A stretch of DNA of 64,000 nucleotides from Escherichia coli (lineage in GTDB: Bacteria; Pseudomonadota; Gammaproteobacteria; Enterobacterales; Enterobacteriaceae). The position numbers and the translations under genes are program-made. The stretch is taken from NCBI RefSeq assembly GCF_024700885.2, contig NZ_CP117016.1; one strand, written 5' to 3'. The notes below the pieces were generated by a model. The model was not told the DNA's origin. It was given only the letters and a program-made list of their open reading frames with translations, and did not search any database. Positions 57,961 through 64,000 of this stretch are shown piece after piece (the stretch's first letter is position 1; each line of letters opens with the position of its first letter).

Positions 57961-58944
57961 TTAGGGCAGACCATCAACGTGCGTTGCCAGCCACTGTTTA
58001 CCGTCTTCCGTTTTGGTATAGAGATCGATAGGCACCTGAATCACTTTTTCACCGTCGGCTTGTTTATTGATAACCTTCAATGTTTGCGCGAAAACAGCAT
58101 TGCCCATTTTCTTACCGGAAATATCCACTACCGCTTTCAGCACCTGGTTGTTTTCCAGCTCCTGAGCAATTTCAGTGGTCATATCCGAACCGAAAACGGC
58201 AATTTTTCCTGCCTGATTTTGATTACGTACCGCTTTTACCGCGCCGAGTGTCGCACCGCCCGATTCGCCCATAATGGCGTTGAGATCCGGCGTGGAGATA
58301 ATTAGTTTTTCACCAACGGAAATCGCTTTATCTAAAACAGTCCCTTCCTGATTAGCGACAATTTGCGCGCCGGGAACGCGGGCTTTTAATACTTCTTCAA
58401 ACCCTTTACGTCGTTGCACACAAACTTCAAAGGCTTCGCAATTGATGACGGCAATTTTCGGCTGGTCAATTTTGTTGGCAATAAAATAATCGGCGGCAGC
58501 GTTACCCAATTTTTTACCAAATTCTAGCGGATCGCCGACCAGATACGCCGAGACATATTTATCGACACCCTTTTGATTAATACAGGTGTTGTAGCAAATC
58601 ACCGGAATACCCGCTTCACTGGCGCGACGAACGGTACGGCTACTGCCATTTTCAGACACTGCCGATAAAATAATGGCATCGACATTACGCGCCACGAGGG
58701 TATCAACAAAGGTACTTTCTTTCGAAATATCACCCTGGGCGTTAGTTTCAATTAACTGTACCTGTACTGAAGAATCTTTTGCCGCATCCTGAACGCCCTG
58801 ACGCACGCCAGCGTAATATCCCTGAGTATCAAGGTATATTGCGCCAATGGTCATTTCTTTTTCCGCAGCCCTGGCAAATAAAGCGCTACCTAATAGCGTA
58901 GCCATTAATAATAGATTACGGGTTGTTCTCATTTTTTTAGGCAT
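57961..58944 (-). CDS. yphF: Periplasmic sugar-binding protein YphF
   Basis: 327 aa with signal peptide. Confidence 0.9.
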   Translation of the reverse strand: MPKKMRTTRNLLLMATLLGSALFARAAEKEMTIGAIYLDTQGYYAGVRQGVQDAAKDSSVQVQLIETNAQGDISKESTFVDTLVARNVDAIILSAVSENGSSRTVRRASEAGIPVICYNTCINQKGVDKYVSAYLVGDPLEFGKKLGNAAADYFIANKIDQPKIAVINCEAFEVCVQRRKGFEEVLKARVPGAQIVANQEGTVLDKAISVGEKLIISTPDLNAIMGESGGATLGAVKAVRNQNQAGKIAVFGSDMTTEIAQELENNQVLKAVVDISGKKMGNAVFAQTLKVINKQADGEKVIQVPIDLYTKTEDGKQWLATHVDGLP

Positions 58945-59040
58945 AGAGCCTCCTGTAGGGTTTTTATTAACAACGGCTTATTCTAATTATTTTGTGATGA
59001 GCGGCAGCGCGTGCCGCTCAAATATTACAGTTAATAGGGT

Positions 59041-62000
59041 TTAGTGAACGTAGTTAAAAATAAAAGGCATCACAGTGGTGAATAATGCCGCTTTCGGCCA
59101 GGCCGGATTAATCGCCGTCAATTCAGCGCGAGCAGACTCATATTGCGCAACCTCCCCGAGTCCCGCGGACGCCAGCATCGCCACCATCAGGCATTTTTCT
59201 TTATGCTGCTGTTGTAAATCGCCATACAGCGACAACAGGTCAGGTTGTGAAACAGCAAAGAAATCCGCCTCAATACTGGTTTTCGCCATCTCTTGCGCCC
59301 ACTGTTTCATTTCACTAAACAGTTGCTGTGCAGTTTGCTGTTCACCCAGCAGTCGCAGCGCCATTCCTTGCCAGAAGAGATAATCAACCGGCTGATCATT
59401 GTAATAACTGTGAATGTTAATGGTGCGATCGCCAGTCGCCGCCAGACGTAAACAACGCATCGCTTCAGTTTGATCGCCCTGCGCGTTGGCGCATATCGCC
59501 TGCCAGAACCAGATGTCGTTATCAGTTTGCCCCGGTAAACGGCCTTCGCTTAAATTCTCCGGATAATGCAGCGCGGCATGAAGCAGTTCGCTGGCCTGCT
59601 GCGGCTCTCTGGCATCAAGATGCTGCCAGGCGCGTAATAACTGGTTGAGGATAAACTGACTGGTGATCTTCCCTTCCCCGCCTTCCCACGGGTGGAATTT
59701 GCGCGTGGCGAGAATGTCCGCCGCTTTGTCTGCGTGACCCGTGAGATGCCACAAATTGAGCAGTTCTGCGGTCATGTCGTCGCGTTTCAGCGCAATTTCC
59801 AGATTATTTTCCAGACGCGCCAGTCGTTTCTCCGGTGTGGCTCCACTTAACTTATCAAGCAAATCCCGTTCGAAAAGCAGACGTGCATCCTGCGGCGCAA
59901 GCTGATAAGCATTATCAAGATAACGCGCGGCCAGCTCATAATCGTGCTGCTTATTCCACGCATGGATCGCCAACCCGCGCCAGCCGTCGGCAAACTCCGG
60001 CGACATCTCTACGCAACGCTGCCATAAGGCAATGGCTTTGCCGTAGCTACGCTTGTTGTAGTAGAAGCAGGCCAGTAAATGCCGGGCAAACCAGCACTCT
60101 TCAATACTCTCCAGCGCCGCCACTTCTTCCAGCGTATTCGGGAAACGGACAAACTGTGGGAAGACATCAATGGCTTTTGTGACCAGTTCGCCGCGTTCGG
60201 CTTTCGGCATCAAGCTGGCTTGCAAGTAAAGCGGCAGCGTGCGCTGGCAGTCCAGTGCGTTCAGCATCTCTGACGCCAGGGTGGGCATTCCCCAGTTAAT
60301 CAGTTGCCCGGCGGTCATCAGGGCGTTAACGTCGCGTCCCTGACACAGACCGCGCCACTGCGCGAGGGCTGATTCGCTACGACCATCGAACCAGTTCAGC
60401 CACCACAGAGTGGCGTTCAGCGGATAATCACGCAGCAGTTTCTCGCGCTGCAAACGCGCGTTGTCCTGACGACCACTTAACACCAGCAGCAGGTTATGCA
60501 GGCAAAGCACTTCCTGGTTGGTTGGGCAGGCGCGAAGACTTTGTTGGCAAAAATCCAGACCAGCATCGAAGTGACCATTACGCGCCGCCAGGCGTGCCAG
60601 ACCATAATAGCCACCCGCTTTGCTGTTCCCGCTCCAGACCGCACGCCAGAAATCCTCTTCGGCTTGTTGATATTGTCCCTGACGTTCGTAAGCACTGGCG
60701 CGAATCAAACTGGCCTGTCCACACTGCGGGTTTTTGTTCAGCGCATGTGCGCGTTTCAGCGCCTGACTGGCATACACCACCGCTTGCGGGAAATCTGCGC
60801 GGTTATATTCCAGCATCGCCAGCGCCAGCGCCAGGTTACAGCGATAATCCAGCGGGTCCAGCGCCACACCGCGCAGGTAGTAATCGAACGGTGAACGACT
60901 GGCGTGATGATATTGCTCCAGATGCTGACCGATAAACCAGGCTTCATCTGTACTTGCAATGTCTTGTGCTGCCAGTGGCGCTTTGGCGACGTCCGGCAAC
61001 GGCAACTCCTGCGGCTGATGTTCCTGATAACTCAGTACAATATTGCCGTCGGCATCGGAGAGTTCAATGGTCAGTCTGTCAGGATTGATACCGTGCAACA
61101 CGCCCTGGATGGCGGTCGCTGGTGTCAGGGCCACGGCATCATCGAGTAACGCGTTGCATTTGCCGATTTCGCGGATCGCCAGACGGTATCCTTTCAACGG
61201 AGAGATGGCATACAGCCCCCACTCAATCCCCCGCTCACTACGCTGGAGTTTTATCACCGCATCGCGGGAGGCATTTTGCACCATGCCCAGAGAATGATAA
61301 GGCAGGAAATACTGCTCGAAACGCTTCTCTTCGTACGCATCAAGCCAGGTAAAATCAGGCTGGTTATCGGCAAAAATACCGGTCATCAGTTCGATATACG
61401 GGCCGTTATTGTCGGTCAGACTCTTATCCCACGCCTGGCCAAATTCACTGTGTCCCCAACTCCACTGTTTTTTACCTGGCGCAATATGGTGGTTGGCAAC
61501 GTGCAGCAAACCGCCATCTTCATCGTGACACCACGCGCCAACAAAATCGTACTGTGATTTTTCAGCCATATATGAGGTTGGAACGGGCACATTTTTATAG
61601 CGAGAAATGTCCACTCCGGCGGAGTAGTCCACTTTGTAGTAAGTGCCGGTGGCGATGGGGAAAGCGGAGACGGCCCGTTTGCCGTGATCAAACACCGCCG
61701 TTACATCCGGCGGGAAGACGCTCTGATGCCCTTCACCCCCTTTCACTGCCGGGTTGGCCCACCACAAGAAATGACGCGGCGTGGCGTTGCCGTTATAGAC
61801 GCGGCTGGCGATTTCCAGCGCCGCCCGGTCAGAACGCAAGGTGAAACCAGTCATCACCTGTAAACCGTGCATCGGCTCCGTTTCGCCGACCCACACGGTT
61901 TGTGCGCCGTCTTCATGGGCTTCGAGGGTGAAATCAACGGGCATAAAGGTGGTCGGGCGATGGTGTTGCGGCCAGTTAAACTCAATCCCGCCGGAGATCC

Positions 62001-62328
62001 ACGGCCCCAGCAGCCCCACCAGCGCCGGTTTAATGACTTCATTATGATAGACAAAATCGCGCTGTTTCACTTTATCCCACGCGCGATGCACCCGACCACC
62101 CAGCTCCGGCAGGATCATCACTTTGATGTAGTCGTTTTCCAGCCACACCGCCTGCCAGGATTTCAGGGTTTTCTGCTCGCTCAGCGTATCGGTCACGCCG
62201 TAGGGATAAACCGCGCCGGACGATCCCTGATAAACGCGATTTTCCAGGAACATAGGATGTATATCCTGCGGCCCGGTTTCATAGGTCGGGATCTCAACGC
62301 GCTCTTGCCACACTTTTACTGGAGTCAT
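59041..62328 (-). CDS. yphG: Large TPR-containing protein YphG
   Basis: Start set to MTPVKVWQ with GAGGG SD (track ORF extends 31 codons upstream). Confidence 0.85.
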   Translation of the reverse strand: MTPVKVWQERVEIPTYETGPQDIHPMFLENRVYQGSSGAVYPYGVTDTLSEQKTLKSWQAVWLENDYIKVMILPELGGRVHRAWDKVKQRDFVYHNEVIKPALVGLLGPWISGGIEFNWPQHHRPTTFMPVDFTLEAHEDGAQTVWVGETEPMHGLQVMTGFTLRSDRAALEIASRVYNGNATPRHFLWWANPAVKGGEGHQSVFPPDVTAVFDHGKRAVSAFPIATGTYYKVDYSAGVDISRYKNVPVPTSYMAEKSQYDFVGAWCHDEDGGLLHVANHHIAPGKKQWSWGHSEFGQAWDKSLTDNNGPYIELMTGIFADNQPDFTWLDAYEEKRFEQYFLPYHSLGMVQNASRDAVIKLQRSERGIEWGLYAISPLKGYRLAIREIGKCNALLDDAVALTPATAIQGVLHGINPDRLTIELSDADGNIVLSYQEHQPQELPLPDVAKAPLAAQDIASTDEAWFIGQHLEQYHHASRSPFDYYLRGVALDPLDYRCNLALALAMLEYNRADFPQAVVYASQALKRAHALNKNPQCGQASLIRASAYERQGQYQQAEEDFWRAVWSGNSKAGGYYGLARLAARNGHFDAGLDFCQQSLRACPTNQEVLCLHNLLLVLSGRQDNARLQREKLLRDYPLNATLWWLNWFDGRSESALAQWRGLCQGRDVNALMTAGQLINWGMPTLASEMLNALDCQRTLPLYLQASLMPKAERGELVTKAIDVFPQFVRFPNTLEEVAALESIEECWFARHLLACFYYNKRSYGKAIALWQRCVEMSPEFADGWRGLAIHAWNKQHDYELAARYLDNAYQLAPQDARLLFERDLLDKLSGATPEKRLARLENNLEIALKRDDMTAELLNLWHLTGHADKAADILATRKFHPWEGGEGKITSQFILNQLLRAWQHLDAREPQQASELLHAALHYPENLSEGRLPGQTDNDIWFWQAICANAQGDQTEAMRCLRLAATGDRTINIHSYYNDQPVDYLFWQGMALRLLGEQQTAQQLFSEMKQWAQEMAKTSIEADFFAVSQPDLLSLYGDLQQQHKEKCLMVAMLASAGLGEVAQYESARAELTAINPAWPKAALFTTVMPFIFNYVH

Positions 62329-62445
62329 GGTGCCCTCAATATTAACAAGACATACTGAATTAAAAGATTTGTGGCAGTGTATTGAACAATCTGGCAATGT
62401 TTTCGCGGAATAATCACGCAATTAACTAAACAAGGTTTAGTGAAG

Positions 62446-63639
62446 ATGAGAGCCTGCATTAACAATCAACAGATTCGCCACCATAACAAATGCGTGATTC
62501 TGGAACTGCTGTACCGGCAAAAGCGCGCCAATAAATCAACCCTGGCCCGGCTGGCGCAAATTTCGATTCCGGCGGTCAGTAATATTTTGCAGGAACTGGA
62601 AAGCGAAAAACGGGTGGTGAATATCGACGATGAAAGCCATACGCGCGGGCATAGTAGCGGTACATGGCTGATTGCGCCGGAAGGTGACTGGACGCTGTGC
62701 CTGAACGTGACGCCCACCAGTATTGAGTGTCAGGTTGCTAATGCTTGTTTAAGTCCGAAAGGTGAATTTGAGTATTTACAGATTGATGCACCGACGCCGC
62801 AGGCGCTGCTGTCCGAAATCGAAAAATGCTGGCATCGCCACCGTAAATTGTGGCCGGACCGTACCATCAACCTGGCGCTGGCAATCCACGGTCAGGTTGA
62901 TCCGGTGACTGGCGTGTCGCAAACCATGCCGCAAGCGCCGTGGACAACGCCGGTTGAGGTAAAGTATCTGCTGGAAGAGAAGCTCGGCATTCGGGTGATG
63001 GTCGATAATGACTGCGTGATGCTGGCGCTGGCGGAGAAATGGCAAAATAATTCGCAGGAACGGGATTTCTGCGTGATCAACGTTGATTACGGCATTGGCT
63101 CGTCGTTCGTGATTAACGAGCAAATTTATCGCGGCAGTTTGTATGGTAGCGGACAGATTGGTCACACCATCGTTAATCCGGATGGCGTCGTCTGCGACTG
63201 CGGGCGTTACGGCTGCCTGGAAACCGTCGCCTCGTTAAGCGCATTAAAAAAACAGGCGCGGGTATGGCTAAAATCACAACCGGTTAATACTCAGCTTGAT
63301 CCTGAAAAACTGACTACCGCGCAGTTAATCGCTGCCTGGCAGAGTGGAGAACCGTGGATCACCAGTTGGGTTGATCGCTCTGCCAACGCCATTGGTTTGA
63401 GTCTGTATAACTTCCTCAACATCCTCAATATTAATCAGATTTGGTTGTACGGTCGCAGTTGTGCCTTTGGTGAGCACTGGCTTAATACCATTATTCGCCA
63501 GACGGGATTTAACCCGTTCGACCGCGACGAAGGACCGAGCGTGAAAGCGACAAAAATTGGCTTTGGGCAATTAAGCCGCGCACAACAGGTGCTGGGGATT
63601 GGCTATTTGTATGTTGAGGCGCAGTTACGGCAGATTTGA
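62446..63639 (+). CDS. yphH: ROK-family transcriptional regulator YphH
   Basis: ATG 62446 preferred over GTG 62440; N-terminal HTH, ROK motifs. Confidence 0.88.
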   Translation: MRACINNQQIRHHNKCVILELLYRQKRANKSTLARLAQISIPAVSNILQELESEKRVVNIDDESHTRGHSSGTWLIAPEGDWTLCLNVTPTSIECQVANACLSPKGEFEYLQIDAPTPQALLSEIEKCWHRHRKLWPDRTINLALAIHGQVDPVTGVSQTMPQAPWTTPVEVKYLLEEKLGIRVMVDNDCVMLALAEKWQNNSQERDFCVINVDYGIGSSFVINEQIYRGSLYGSGQIGHTIVNPDGVVCDCGRYGCLETVASLSALKKQARVWLKSQPVNTQLDPEKLTTAQLIAAWQSGEPWITSWVDRSANAIGLSLYNFLNILNINQIWLYGRSCAFGEHWLNTIIRQTGFNPFDRDEGPSVKATKIGFGQLSRAQQVLGIGYLYVEAQLRQI

Positions 63640-63699
63640 TGGCGCAATAACGTAGAAAGGCTTCCCGAAGGAAGCCTTGATGATCACAAACCTAAGATT

Positions 63700-63800
63700 G
63701 CCTGATGCACTACGTTTATCAGGCCTACACGGATATTGCAATATATTGAATTTGCAAAGTTTTGTAGGCCGGATAAGGCGTTCACGCCGCTTCCGGCATG
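63700..63800. repeat. REP/BIME palindromic repeat cluster
   Basis: GCCTGATGCACTACGTTTATCAGGCCTACA...TGTAGGCCGGATAAGGCGTTCACGCCGCTTCCGGCA. Confidence 0.55.
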
Positions 63801-63836
63801 AACAACGAGCACATTGTCAGCAAATCACCGTTTCGC

Positions 63837-64000
63837 TTATGCGTAAACCGGGTAACGTGCGCAGATGTCGAGAACTTTACCTTTGATGCGCTCAATAACC
63901 GCTTCATCATTGATGCTGTCCAGCACGTCACACATCCAGCCAGCCAGTTCTTTCGCTTCGGCTTCTTTAAAGCCACGACGGGTAATCGCCGGAGTACCCA
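63837..64000 (-). CDS. glyA: Serine hydroxymethyltransferase, 3' end only (runs off window)
   Basis: Reverse strand translation ends ...[11 protein letters not shown]; track ORF 63782..63976 is a different frame and judged spurious. Confidence 0.9.

Noticed and set aside
63782-63976. 64-aa reverse-strand ORF at the right edge
   Set aside because: It overlaps the glyA 3' end in a different frame; the glyA frame gives the expected ...[12 protein letters not shown]-terminus.

Overview
This window looks like an Escherichia coli-type chromosome segment: about 8.5 kb of a lambdoid prophage arm at the left, followed by a conserved core block running guaA-guaB, xseA, yfgJ, der, bamB, yfgM, hisS, ispG, rodZ, rlmN, ndk, pbpC-yfhM, sseA, sseB, pepB, the isc/hsc operon, trmJ, suhB, yfhR, csiE, the hca cluster, yphA-yphH and the 3' end of glyA. 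Gene identities come from reading the supplied translations against remembered protein families; no database search was run. The prophage arm carries a P4-type tyrosine integrase next to the guaA 3' end, an AlpA-like regulator, an MT-A70 methyltransferase, an exonuclease/annealing-protein pair, and a lambda-like immunity and replication region (repressor, Cro-like, O-like, P-like). The most interesting signal is in that immunity region: a repressor with two helix-turn-helix domains and no obvious autocleavage domain, flanked on both sides by clusters of a TTACC-N5-GGTAA palindrome, with further copies elsewhere in the prophage, plus an iteron array inside the O-like gene. The core block is interrupted by two insertion sequences: an IS200-like element beside a duplicated sRNA-like repeat between sseA and sseB, and an IS3-family element inserted into a REP element between yphA and yphB with a 4-bp target duplication and a frameshift heptamer. 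No tRNA, rRNA or CRISPR array was found. Start codons of several core genes were moved inward from the longest-ORF track to the start matching the remembered protein N-terminus.
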